DNA of 64,000 nucleotides from Lophium mytilinum (GCA_010093605.1 MU004181.1:1302001-1366000), one strand, 5' to 3'. Positions 36,729 to 50,137 are shown, counted from the stretch's first letter. The notes: a model not told the origin generated them from the letters alone. Translations and numbers: made by a program.

Positions 36729-37809
36729 ATGAATCCCGCAATGAAGACGTGGGGTAAGTTCTTCGCAGTTACCCCTTAATGTACACATCGCTAACAAACA
36801 TCTAGAGCTCGAAAACTCCGTCAAGCTTGTCGACCCCCACCGTGACGCCCTCTACGCCTACGACCCCTCCGCCCAAAAAACAATTAACGAAGCGCGGCCA
36901 TGGAAGAAAGACCCGCACCACTTCACCTCTGTGCGGATATCCGCCGTCGCCCTCCTTAAAATGGTCATGCACGCGCGCTCTGGCGGCTCGATCGAAGTCA
37001 TGGGCCTGATGCAAGGCAAGATCGAAGGCAGCACTTTCATCGTGACCGACGCTTTCCGGCTGCCAGTCGAGGGTACCGAAACCCGCGTCAACGCCCAAGA
37101 CGACGCGAACGAATACATGGTTGAGTTCCTGACGCGGGCGCGCGAGCTCGGGCAGATGGAGAACGCTGTCGGCTGGTACCACTCGCACCCAGGCTATGGC
37201 TGCTGGCTATCTGGTATCGACGTCAACACGCAGAAGACGCAACAGCTGTACCAGGACCCGTTCCTCGCGGTGGTCATTGACCCGGATCGCACGGTTTCGG
37301 CAGGCAAGGTTGAGATCGGAGCGTTCAGGACGCTTCCAGAGGACTATGTTAAGCTGCAGGAGGCGAGGTCTACGCAAGGAGCTGGCGAGTCCCAGTCGAT
37401 TCCACTCGCGAAGATTGAGGACTTCGGCGCGCATGCGAATCACTACTATTCGCTTGAGGTGTCACATTTCAAAAGCACGCTAGATGCGAAGATGTTGGAG
37501 GCGCTGTGGAATAAGTACTGGGTGCAGACACTCTCGGCCAGCCCGCTCTTCTCAAATCGAGAGTATGGCACGAAGCAGATTCAGGATCTGGCACACAAAA
37601 TCACCCAGGAAGACAAGCAGCTGAAAACGATGCGTGGTGGCATTTATGCACAGGGCGACAAGAAGGTGAACCTGGCTAAGATTGTTGGACCGAGCAAGAA
37701 AATTCAGAGGGAAGAGGAGATGGGGCTCCTGGCTGCGACTGTGAAGGAGAAGGTATTTGGGGTGGCAGATGAGGTCAAGGAGGTGAAGGATGAGGAGATG
37801 AAGACGTAA
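36729..37809 (+). CDS. CSN5: COP9 signalosome subunit 5 (JAMM deneddylase), 2 exons
   Basis: [26 protein letters not shown] and [18 protein letters not shown] (JAMM motif); intron 36754-36805. Confidence 0.97.
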
Positions 37810-38117
37810 GGAGACGATGGCTTCACGACGAAAGGTATGATTGCATGGCTAAGGCGTTTGGATCTGGCATTATATGTCTGTGGAGTCTTAGAGAGTAGCT
37901 TTTAGCCTCAGGCTGAAAACAAATGAACCCCTGAATGTGTATTCAACATTTTCAGAGTTGAGACAGCTTTGTAAGACCATTACTGGCCAGAGGCCTTGAC
38001 TTGACATACTTTTTTAATTCTATCCAGTATCGCCAGGTTGACTCTGATGAGTCCATACATATACCCAACATATCTGTACAGTATTACTACAGGTGACGAC
38101 CCCACAGCAAGCGTAGA

Positions 38118-39944
38118 TTAGGTTTCAGAAGAAACCTGTTTTTCTAAGGCTTCTTCTCCCAACCTTCGGAATGTTTCTTCGCGTCCTAGGATCGTCATGA
38201 TATCGTGGACACCAGGACCATGTTTTCCATTGGCCACCAACCCACGCAAGAATTGGTAACCCTCCTTCTCCGATTTGCTATTCGTGGCGCACCATTCGGC
38301 CATTCCCGCCTTGATGGCATCTTTGACGGGTTCAGAGTCCCAGGGCAGTTCTTGAGGGAGTTTCTTAAGTGCCTGTATAAATGGGAGACTTAGAGCAACA
38401 TTCTCGTGACTAGATGCAGGCTCCGGTAGGTTGAAAAAGTAGTCGCATTGCTCGACGAAAGTTTTTGGAGTCGACCAGTCTTTTCGAGCAGCAGAGCGTA
38501 CGATGCTAGCAACATATTCTCGGAGATTTTTGCTGCCTAGAATGACCTCACTAAACAATGGTTGGTTAGCCTAGCCGGCCATGGATTGTCATATTTGGAA
38601 AGCGTACTATTTTGCAGGGTCCAAGTCTTTCTCAACAATAGCAACGACGTCGTCGACCATTTTGTCGAAAGGCGGACCTCCTGCGTCAATGCGACGGATC
38701 GCATGTTTTTGCTGCAAGAACCACAGCTTTCCCAAAGTCACAGTACTGTTGCCCTTTGTGAACTTCATAACGAACTACCTATGCTGTTAGTCTGATTGAT
38801 ATCTATCAGCGAGTTGCGTTCGTACGTTATCGACTAGCTCGTTCATGGTCATGACATCGGTCTTGTTCTTATGCGACCACCCAAGAAGAGCAACAAAGTT
38901 CGAAAGAGCCTCAGGAAAGACACCTAACTTATCCCTATATGAGGCAATGTCGGTGTCAAAGTTCCTTTTGCTCAATTTGTTTCCTTTCTCGTCCACGAGG
39001 AGCCCCACGTGAGCAAACTCTGGTGGTGACCATCCGAATGCCTGATACATAACCAGATGCTTCGGCGTTGCAGGTAGCCATTCAGTTCCTCGAATGACAT
39101 GAGTGATCTTCATGTGATGGTCATCGACCACATTGGCAAGGTGATAGGTGGGCAGACCATCCGATTTGAGTAGAACAGGATCTTCATATCCATCGTTGGC
39201 ACCAATTCGTTTCGTGTGCCCCACCTTCTTATAAACCAGGTCGTTGAACTCCGGGTAGACATCTGGGACTTTGAGACGCACGACATGTGATTCCCCTTTT
39301 GCGGCCCTCTCTTGTGACTCTTCCTCGGAGATGCCAGCGCAAGTGCGGTCGTAATCGGGGGAAAGACCTTGTTCCGTTCGAAGTTTTGCCATTTCAGCGA
39401 GCCGTTGAGAGGTGCAGAAGCATCGATATGCGTGCCCAGAGCTCACTAGCTTCTCCGCGTGCTCTTGATACAGCGTCGTCCGCTCGGACTGCTTGTAAGG
39501 GCCATACGGACCCCCGACCTCAGGGCCCTCGTCCCATTCCAGACCAGCCCATCGCAAGTCCTCCAGCAGCCTCTTTTCCGCACCTGGAACTGTCCTTTTC
39601 TTGTGCAATTAGCACGGAAGTGTATATCGCGCTCCACCAACACCCACCTGGTCTGTATCCTCGATACGCAGCAGAAATTGCCCACCAGTACGCTTGGCGA
39701 GAAGATAATTGTATAGAGCAGTTCGGAGGGATCCAAGATGAAGGTAGCCCGTGGGAGAAGGTGCGAAACGCGTTCTAGCGGGACTAGAAGGGAGCTCTAG
39801 CTTCCTGGGCGACTTTGGGATACGCAGCCGCGATTCGAAGCCAGAGGTCGAATTAGTCCGTTTCGAGACTCGGGAGAGCCGCGCGAGACATGCTGCGCAT
39901 GTAAAGGCCCCTGGGCGGGATTGGCGTGCGAGATAATTAAACAT
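38118..39944 (-). CDS. MSE1: Mitochondrial glutamyl-tRNA synthetase, 4 exons
   Basis: [23 protein letters not shown] (HIGH), [25 protein letters not shown] (KMSKS); presequence. Confidence 0.95.
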
Positions 39945-40367
39945 TCTCGTGCAGACGATGAGGGTCGAGCAATAATCCAGACAGGCAGGGCATAGAAAAT
40001 GTGGCACTTTACGTAGGTGCGTGCACGTGTATGCCGCCGTGGGGTGCTCTAACGCATTTTCGGAAGTCTGAACGTGATAGAAGCTCCTCACCTTGGACTA
40101 TGTACAAATTGTGGAAGCATTTCAAGCGGGTCTCCGGGTTGGTCAAAAGTTTTGCCAAGCCCTCGGACGAGGTGAACATTTTGGTGGTCGAGCTTTCATC
40201 CAAACTTTTCCCCTCCACCGCCCCTCCTCAGTTTGGTCCCGTACATAATAAACTTTCGTTCCCTTGTACATATTGCAGCTTCTTCTTGCTGTGTTTTTCG
40301 ACGTCGTCATCTGAAGGCGATTCATCAGTACGGATTCCAGCCTGACCATTTGCAGCACTTCATTAAC

Positions 40368-41887
40368 ATGGCTACAGTGAACGACGTAGACGAAGTAGAC
40401 CTCTATGGTATGCCCCACCGCCAAAGTGCAGACAAGGTTCGTTCTAACATGATAAGAGGTCCTCGGAGTTACAAGTGGCGCAAGCAAAACCGAGATCAAG
40501 AAGGCGTATCACAAAGTTAGTCGCATCATCATGCTATCCAGTCAAGCAAACGCCTTAGTTCGAGATACTAACCAGCGCCATGTTTAGGCCGCACTATCCC
40601 ACCACCCTGATAAAGTCGCCGAACACGAGCGAACCGAAGCCGAAATCCGCTTCAAGTCCGCGAAACAGGCATACGAGATCCTTTACGATGACGACAAACG
40701 GACTCTCTACGATACCCACGGCATGGCTGCCTTCGATCCCAACCGAGGCGGCCCGGGAGGTCCGGAGGTTGATATTGACGACGTCCTAGCACAGATGTTC
40801 GGCGGTGGTATGGGAGGCATGGGAGGCATGCCTGGGATGGGTGGGATGGGAGGGATGCCCGGGGGAGTTCCAGGAATGGGACGGCAACCACGGAAGGGCC
40901 GAGATGTAGAGCAAGAGTATGAGGTCACACTCGAGGAGCTTTACAAGGGGAAGACGACACGATTCGCGAATACCAAGAACGTCGTGTGTCAGACATGCAA
41001 AGGCACTGGAGGGAAAGAGAAGGCAAAGCCACATCAATGCGCTGTGTGTGGTGGCAACGGTATGTTTGATATTATAACCTCGTTCCAAATCCCGTCTTTT
41101 ACTTCGAGTCCCTAGCTGACTATTTGTCTCACGTACAGGCGCTACTACTCGTCTTCGCTCCGTCGGCCCCGGGCTGGTCACGCAGGAAACCGTCCCCTGC
41201 TCTACCTGTTCCGGCACTGGTTCTCTGTTCAAGGACAAAGATCGTTGCAAGAAATGCAAGGGTAAGAAGGTCACAGAGTCCAAGAAGGTCCTGGAGCTCT
41301 ACATACCACGAGGAGCACGAGAGGGCGAGCGAATCGTTCTAGCTGGCGAAGCAGACCAACTACCGGATCAAGAACCCGGAGATATCGTCTTCGGATTGGT
41401 CGAGAGACCTCACGACGTCTTCGAGAGAGCTGGAAGTGACTTGAAGGCAGACTTGAAGATAACGCTAGCGGAGGCACTTACCGGATTGAACCGCGTAGTT
41501 GTCACACATCTCGACGGGAGGGGTATCAAAGTCCACGTGCAACAGCCGCAGGGCAAAGTCTTGACCCCAGATCAGGTCATCAAAGTTCCAGGAGAGGGAA
41601 TGCCAGTCAAGAAGAGCGATGCGAAGGGCGATCTATTCTTGGTCGTGAAGATTGAGTTCCCGGCAGATGGGTGGATAAAAGACGAGGAAACGATCAACAA
41701 GATCAAGGAGGCTCTGCCTGGCCCCACCAAATCCGAGGACGCTGTTCCAGAGACCACCGACGAGGTCGACATTGACTACGATGCTACCCTGGAAGACTTT
41801 GGAGCTGGAAGCGACGACCCTCGTGCTGGGGCCGGGTGGGAGGATGATGAAGAAGAGGAGGGTGGGCCACAGTGTGCCACCCAATGA
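40368..41887 (+). CDS. XDJ1: Type I Hsp40/DnaJ co-chaperone (Xdj1/Ydj1 family) with CaaX box, 4 exons
   Basis: J domain with HPD, G/M-rich linker, CxxCxGxG zinc-finger repeats, C-terminal CATQ. Confidence 0.88.
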
Positions 41888-43887
41888 TCAAAGAGCTTCA
41901 ACGACATGCATAGATCGGCGTTCGGGGCGGGAGTATTGGGTGAGTCTAGGCCACTGCCTCGTTTTGGAGGTTATTTCCTGGTCACGCATAGATGATAACA
42001 GCTCCATCACCGTTTTGAGATGAGCGGTGCCTTTCCTCAATCAAAGGTTGACCTTCTCCGCGACAATTCTTGCAGGATTATGAGGGACTGTGGCCTTGAC
42101 TACGGGCGTGATTGACGTTACAAGGAGCTGGACGCTCATTCTCTCACAGTCTCACTTGTATCGCTCGCGTGTGAGTACGCTCAACTGACCGTTCCGGTCT
42201 TTTGAATACTTTCAAACAAGATCCTAGCTTGATATACAGCGTCTTAAGTCTGTCTAAGGTCTCCCCAAGCAACAAAGAACTATGTTCTTACAAAACAGAC
42301 CCTAGTGATGCGGGCGCCCGCTTGCTAGCTAAATGCAGACAGATGAGAGCAGATTGCGAGCAACGAACTGACATCAAACTAGACTTCTGCATTAAACAAA
42401 TGATCTCAGCATCTACCACAACTTATTTTCAGTCAACAATGTACAGCTCGTCACTCGTTTCAACAGCCCTTCAAAGCAGGCTCTTATAACCTAATGTGCG
42501 CGGCTAGTTGACAGCTCCTGGCTTACTTCCACGACAGGGTTTCTTACGGCGCTACGTACTTTCTGCTTCACCAGTCAATGAGTATCTTCTGCACGCAGTC
42601 TATCTTTTTGTTAGACCATATCAGGCCGTTGCTAGGTCGATGAGAGGCGGTGCTAGCTAGGTAACACGATAGCTTGGATCTCGAGCGCTGAAATTTGCTT
42701 TCCGCTTCCCGAGAGGCATGTTTGTTCGCTAACATCATTGCTCTTAAAGGTGTTCTCTTCCCACTGCTAGGAGCATAAGGTCGGAGCGTTAATATCGTAT
42801 CAGTACGATTGCATAGTCCTACAGATGTACAAAAAACCTCGAAATGCTTTCTCATTTGATGTTGTTTGCTCGAAGAAGAGTCAATAGTCCACTCTTCTCT
42901 TCCCTAAGCTCCCGCGCAGGCCGTTCGTTGGCTTTCCATGGGCCAAGGGTGGTCGATGATGGAGATGGACTACCAAAAAGATGCTGTCAGCGGCGCAATG
43001 AGAGGCTCATCGGATTAGCATGGATGCTCTCGGTCTGTGAACAAAAACCTAATGATTTGATCTTTGACCCCTGACCCCTTGTATGTTTGGCATTTTTCGC
43101 GTTTGGAAGCTTGGATTCCTGGCATCTCGGGACTTGTGCTTGCGAGCGTGGAACTAATCCACATTATACTAACACAAGTCTAATGACTGCCAAGTAAGTG
43201 AAAGGGCCCGGTGGCAAGGGAAGCTGACGTGCACGTCCTCCTCCGTTACGACCTGCAATCCTAACCTCCCCTATAACCTCTCCGATAGCTAGTATCACTA
43301 TTCTTAAATGAGCGTACGGACAGTACTATATCTCCGATCCTTGTGGCACGTTCAGGGTTTCAGGACCATGTGCTACGTGCCGCCCCATTGCCCTATTCGA
43401 CAGCTCCTGGCGCGCCCCTGCAGTACGAATGCCTTAGCCACTAAATACGAGCCTTGGTATGGTACGAAACGGGGACGACAACGGCTTCACAGATGCGAGC
43501 AGTCCGTTCCATGGTCGCGTACCGCCGCCGTTAGATGCATGTGCCGATTAAAAAGATGATCGTTCGGACGAAACACCACAGAACGAGGGCACTCGGCGTG
43601 AGCGATGGATGGCAGTTCGTATTCTCGCTCAATATCAAACAATCCTGTCCAGTAAAACCAATGGTTTTGTTTCGTTTCGTTTCTCCGACCCTCATTAGCT
43701 CTCAATAGTACGAGGACTTCGGAGCGACCTTGATTTACTATTAAGAATAGAAGGTTGCGTCAAACGCCTTTTCTACAGAAGCCATAGCAGCAGTACTACT
43801 AACACTTCCGTTCCCTCAGTCAGTACTATATGTGTATGCCTGTTTTTTTCTCCTTCGCGCCGTTTTTAATTTCGCTTTTACATCAAG

Positions 43888-44693
43888 ATACTCCGAACTT
43901 CCATCATCGCCGGTCTAGCCGTCACAACTCTCGCGCGCAAAATCCCCTCTAACGTCCAAGCCTTCTACGATGCACACCTCGTACGTTCATCCTCTGAAAA
44001 AGCCCACTTCCCACAGCCTCACTAACCCATCTCAGAACACAGACTGCTCAAACCCCATCTCCGACAGCTTCTCATCCGTCGTCTACTGCCAGGATGACGC
44101 AAGCGGCGCGCTCTTCCTCAAAGGCCCGTCTGGCTCCTACGATAACATGGACATCGACTGCGATGGCGCCAATGCTTCCGAGGGCCTCTGCGATAACGAC
44201 CCGACGGGCCAATCGATGACGGCGTTCATGGATCAAGTCGCCGAATTCGGCATCAGTGATTTAGACGCCCATATCCATACGTACGTCGTGCTCGGGAATG
44301 AGGGCGCGACGCCTAGCTTTGACCCGCAGAGCGTGGGGATCGAGCCGCTGAGTGTGGTGGCTGTGGTGTGCAATGGCAAGATGGTACGTCCTGCTGGTCT
44401 TCTAGATCTTGAATTTCTGAGCTAACGTGGTTGGCGACTAGTTCTACGGAGTCTGGGGTGACACGAATGGCGGGACTTCGACGGGCGAAGCAGCTTTGTC
44501 CATGGGCCAGCTCTGCTTTGGCGACGACGCAGTGAATGGGAATGAGGGCCATGACGAGGCGAATGTGCTTTATGTTGCTTTTCCTGGTAGCGACGCGGTT
44601 CCGGGAAAGTCTGCGGCGTGGAAAGCGGAGACGGAGGAAGAGTTCGAGGAAAGCCTTGCTGCGATCGGAGACAAGCTCATTGCAAACCTGTAG
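43888..44693 (+). CDS. GH75 fungal chitosanase, 3 exons; the expected start codon reads ATA
   Basis: (I)[34 protein letters not shown]...NMDIDCDG...[13 protein letters not shown]...[24 protein letters not shown]; introns 43981-44035 and 44384-44441. Confidence 0.88.
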
Positions 44694-45175
44694 AGAAAGG
44701 ACAGGGTCGTCTCCACTGTTAGTACCGCCGCCGCTGCTCTGACGAGGACGGCGGCGGAAGGTCAGTCTTCTTCATTTGCGACGGTCGTGGTTACAGCTAT
44801 CTCAGAGAGACTGGGAGCGGTTTGAAACTATAGAACCTACTATAGTCCCAATTTGCGGCCATTGACGCGAGTAACACTAGGGCTGGTTTCTGAAATTGAA
44901 GGAGGGTGAGTGCTGTGAAGTTACATGTTTCAAATCATGTACATCCTAGCGGTGGGGCTTGACTGCCTGAGAGCCTTCACAGGTCGCATTAGGTAACTAA
45001 AAGAGATTAAGCAACCGAAGTTTTAAACTGCATCAATCATATGCTTTGTACAACACTTACGGCTCTGAGATTCTTAAGAAAGCCCAATTAGCATATGATA
45101 TTGTGTGACATCAGAGAGGACATCGAAACACCCTGGAAGACTGCAAGGACCTGCCTTACAACTAGAACGAGCTCC

Positions 45176-48100
45176 TCATATCACCAATAGCTCCTGAACA
45201 TCAAGCCCAGCCTTCCTCAGCCCATCCACATCCATCCCTTTCCCTTCCTCCCCAACCCATTTCCGGATTATCTCCCCATCCATAATCCCCGGTACGTAAG
45301 CTTCCCCCGCAAGCATATACATCGTCTTAACACCCTTCCCTTCGACCTTCATCTCGCCCAACGACCTAAGCAAATGTGGTGTTCGAGATCCCAGCAAAAT
45401 AAACAGCTCATGGCTTGGACTAGCACCCGTTCCCAGGCCCATATAGCCCGTGTCCGTACGGAAGAAGCTGCGTGACAGTACCGCAGACCGAATAGCATTA
45501 TCGGCCGCCACCACCCGCGCATAGTCTTCTGCGGACGGGAAGTCTTTGAGAGCAGGCGGCTGCCGAACCCCGTGGCTCGCCTGTCCTGCTATCCACTTCC
45601 GCCACGCCTGGATGCTGGCCAAGTCCCCTTCTTCCGTAGCGCGACGGAACATGTTTTTGGTGTCTGGGCCTGTTTTCGACGTTTCTTCTTTGGCATCGGC
45701 TTCGGCGGACGTAAACATAGTGTCGGCGCACAGGGCGCGCCAGGTGGCGTCGTACTGTGTTCCCCCTGCGACATAGGGCTGGGTTGACAAGGGGCTGTTG
45801 GCTGGATAGATCGGCAAGGGCAGCTTATCAGTCTTGAGGGCTGACATGTTTGTGACTAGAAAGGGAAAAGTGGCCTCCGCGATCTTGCCCACGCGGATTC
45901 CGAAAAGAGTAAGGACTCGTGTGCGGGTGAGGACTGGCGACTCGGTATACAGTATATCGGGGGCTGGAGCTGGGCAGGAAGCGCATGCATTGAAATTGGA
46001 AATGCGATTGATACGTTCGGTGGTCTGTATTTCGAAGCCTCTTTGATTGATGGTTTCCCAGTTGGGCGTCCAGCTTGGTAAAGTCAGGTGGACAGGATTG
46101 TCGGGGTCGAGGGTTCCACTGGGTAAACTTGTGCCAGGAGGGTAGGCAGCAGCTGTCAAGATCTTTCTCAATTGCTGAGTGACTCCATGATACATGCCTT
46201 CCGTGCGGAAGACAAGAATATCAAGGGTTCCGGAGCCTAATATGGACTGGACAGCAACGTCTTGGAAAAGGACCGAGGATGTAATGGCATAATCCGGTTT
46301 GATTTTGGGGGAGCTGTCTTGGCTTCCCCAGTCTGTTACAAGGCCGAGTAGTCCATACACCTTGTCTCTTGGGTCTGTGGCATCTTTAGTGAAGTAGAGG
46401 CGGAGGAGTGTCAAAAGAGACGTCTTCTCTTTACGACGCCACAAGTTTGCACTCTCAGTGATGATCTTCATTTTCTGAGTGAACAAGCCCATAGAGGATT
46501 TGTCTTTGTCGTTGGTAAGATCGATACTCGCACAACAGGACAGTTTATGCTTTCTCAGGTTGGAATATGCGTCTGCGTAGAGTTGAAGTGGTGCTGTAAA
46601 GTGACCAAAAATCACCGTGACGGTTGGAGGTAGTATTACTTCTTGAACAACCCAAATGCGATTCCACTACAACATTGTTGACGTTAGTCCTAATCGGCAG
46701 GGTATGAAAGGATGCGCCAAGTGCTGGGCTGCTGGAACTGGGCTTGTGCCTGGGCTTTTGAACTGATACTAGACAGAAATGGACCGCACTTACCCATGCT
46801 TGGGACACCAGATCTCGAAATGCTATTAGACACAAAGACCGTAAGTTGATGTTTTGCAAGAGTGGTATATCCGACAAATGAACGTCTCCAGCAAGCAGCC
46901 TCATGAAGCAGAACCCAAGCACCAGAGGATTAGCGGAGCGCGGGTCTGACTTCTCCGGATATGTGTCAGCTAGAGCTGCTGCGAACGAAAGAATCGAGTT
47001 GATTTTTGGAACGTCGCTCGCGTCTCCAGTCCAATTGAAACAGCCACTATCCCAGAGCTCATCGCCAGGAGACGCCTGCGTTTCTCCCAACCAAACCACG
47101 ACTTCAGTGGGGCGCTCGAAGATCTCTCTCATAAGCCCAACCTGGTGCATACGTTCCTCTATGTCAACTTGATTGATACAGATTGCGTCGACCCAGTACC
47201 AGTATGGGGTGTCCGTGTCAAGCGCACGAAGGCTTTGGAGAGCCTTTTTGAGGTTGCGAGTGACATCGAAGCGCTGACCGTTTAGCGTAATAGGAACGGT
47301 GTCGTTGGGGTTTCCCCAAGTGTAAGAGAGGGCTTTGTATTTGGGGTTCTGATCGAGAGAGGCTACAATGAGCTCGCAGCCAACATCGTAGTTGGGATCG
47401 GGGGATGGAGACAGTTTGATCAAGCGGATCTCATTGCGGTCTTTCGCTAAGGATTGGTATACTTTCTCGTGTACAGGACCTTGAATAGCCGTTAGTAAGT
47501 CTATATCGATACCGATCAAGAGTAGGCACGAAGAATGTGTGGGATGACTCGCCTTGCGGTGGATCCTGCGACTGAAGCAGAATCTTTGAAGACCCGCCAG
47601 CGCCATGCAAAGCAGATGAGGTTCTCGTCGCCAGGGCTTGTGCATTGAACTTGACAGTTCCAGAGTTTGGTGCAACGGTACCCGCAGTGCTTTCTTTGAC
47701 CTGGACCCTCTCCATGCCTCTTTTCTTCGCTTCTATGATCTTTTCCAACGTTTTAGGCGGTAACTTCATCATTGAAGCTATCGACTGTGGATTGAATCCC
47801 AGTAATTCGAGAGTTTCCTCGGTTGTAGGAGCGGGTGGCTCCACAACCGGAGTGACAATAGTAGCCTTCACAGGTAGGGTTCTGGCGGTGGTCCCTGCAG
47901 CCATAGTCGGAGGTCTACTCTCAGAGCTATTCTTTCCAGCCCGTACATCTGTCAGAATCGTCTTGGTGGTCTGATCGATTTGTCGGATAGCCTTCGCTAG
48001 GTCTTCCAGAGTCGGCTGGCACTCGATCTTCTCAAGAAGACCTATCACACTACCACAGAGCTCTTTAACGACGTCGTAAGGGACTTGCTTCACAGCACTG

Positions 48101-48225
48101 CCTTCCCCGGTACTTGCGCTCCGATCATGGTCCAAAAGCGAGTTGATTTCCTTCTTCAGTTGGCTTGCGTGAGCTGATAAACTCAAGTTGGCCGAGCTGC
48201 CTATGGCAGGCCATTCGTCCATCAT
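45176..48225 (-). CDS. HET-domain (HET-6-like) heterokaryon-incompatibility protein with an unusual N-terminal extension, 3 exons
   Basis: YKALSYTWG, VTRNLKKAL, WVDAICINQ.DIEERMHQVGLMREIF, W|WNRIWVVQE, ATDPRDKVYGLLGL, LAGEAYVPGIMDGE. Introns 47480-47552 (GC-AG) and 46667-46793. Confidence 0.85.
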
Positions 48226-48696
48226 GACCCGAATTCTGACGCAGGTGGATTGATTATGTTGAGATTGAGACGATTGGAAGAGAAGAAGTTCTTTAGGTGC
48301 TCATGAATTTTTTTTATCTTCTAGCAACGCTTTCAGCTAAGGGGCAGAACATGACGAGGCGGTTGACATGAAACTCAGCTGAAAAGAATACGAGCGGCCA
48401 CACCAATAGGACAGCTGCACGGCGGGTTATTCTGATGGTGGCTTTCTATGCATTACAATTTGGAGGCTCTTGTTTTTCCAATAGTGCTGTGAAGAAAGAT
48501 GACGAGGGCTATCAAAGCTTAACAGATAGGTACATGCATACTGAGAGCGCTAGAGGCACCGACATGCGGCCCGTGTCTAGGTCACGTGCCTTTTCATCCT
48601 GATACTAATAATGTGCCAACTTCATAGACTGAACCGCATCCAAGTCTAACCTATGAAAGTGTATACCACTATTACCAACAGGATAGTTCTCTTACT

Positions 48697-49903
48697 TTAG
48701 GATTGCAGGTACGTGACAATAGCATTGTATGCGGCCTTCGGATTGTAGCTAGAGTCAAATAGGACGGGAGTGCTGCTCGCTTTCCACGAATCCGTATCGC
48801 GGACACCCCAAACAGTTATACCAACGCACTTCGAGACTTGGATACACGCAGTGACAGCCTGAGACATGTTAGTAACTCGTCTGCTGATAGGGGCACATCG
48901 AAGAATCGTCTCTTACGGCAACATAGTCGGTAGAAGACGCCCCAGTAATGTCGAGTTCCGTCATCGCAACTTCTGAGACCCCCGTCGCAACAAGAGCATT
49001 GAGACCACCAACCAAGGTATCTGCGGATGATCCAGAGCCGAGATGCTCTTGGGACCCTACTCCATCGTTATTATGTGCACCACTCGACTTTCGCTCGTGT
49101 TAACGAACCAATTCCGTCAATCGGGACCCCAGCACTGATCCACCTCTTAACAGCAGTCGCAAGCGCTTGCGTCTTCACACTCGAGGCAGATCCAATGCTG
49201 TAATCGTTGATATAGAGCTTCGCAGCAGGGTCGGCAGCTCTGGCAGCGTTGAAAGCGATTGATACGAAGTCTTCTCCGAGGACGTTGTAGAAGACTGAGC
49301 TGCGGAATCCACCGTTGTTGTCGTCGAACATCTCGTTGATCACGTCCCAGGCATAGATCTTGCCCTTATAGCGCGTCATTTCGGTATTCACGTGGTTCTG
49401 GATGACAGTCGTGAGAGTGGCCTTGTCGGAGATGGATGTAACCCATGAGGGTAGTTGGGAGTGCCACACTAGATAAGAATTTAGTTGCAATGTTTGGATC
49501 GGTCTGTACACGTTCCATGCCTACCCAAAGTGTGCCCACGGACGATCTTGCTATTATCCTGAGCCCATTGGACAAGATAGTCAGCTTTTGTCCAGCCGAA
49601 AGAGTTCCTTGAAGCTACGAGGGTCAGCGAATGCCATCAAAATGATCATACATGCGTACGTTCAATTGTATCCCATTTCATGCTGTTCTCCGGAGTGACT
49701 TGGCCAAAATTTGACTGGATGATTGCGGCATTCTTGCCCGTGGTCAATAGTCCTTGATCAGTACAAGTACCGAAGTACTTCTTTCCCTTGGCTTTGATTA
49801 AGGTGTCGATGCTAATTGATGCTTGACGGATGTCTAGTTCTGCGACCGGGGCGGCAGAGACCAGGAACGGTGCTAGCACCAAGGCAAGAGAGAATTGACG
49901 CAT
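48697..49903 (-). CDS. GH10 endo-1,4-beta-xylanase, secreted, no CBM, 5 exons
   Basis: Signal peptide plus ELDIR pro-site, [29 protein letters not shown] (acid/base), AMTELDI (nucleophile), GITVWGVRD. Confidence 0.95.
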
Positions 49904-50137
49904 ATTGAAGTTTAAATACGGAACAGCGCTTTGTAAAAATGTGAGACAATGGTCTCTTTCGAAGAACGAGAGCTCTCATGTTTTTATCTGCGATCGAGTT
50001 GCGAATGCTTTCCACGACCCACGTTCGGTCAGGGCCGTAGCCCGGCCATAGTGCCGAGCGCTTTGAAGGGGAAGGGAATGCGGAGACCCTTCCCGGAAGA
50101 AGGCTTGGCCGCAAGGTTGTTGACGGGGTATAGTTTA

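Noticed and set aside
41900..43800. Possible transposon remnant in the long spacer
   Set aside because: No terminal repeats, target-site duplication or transposase/RT motifs visible.
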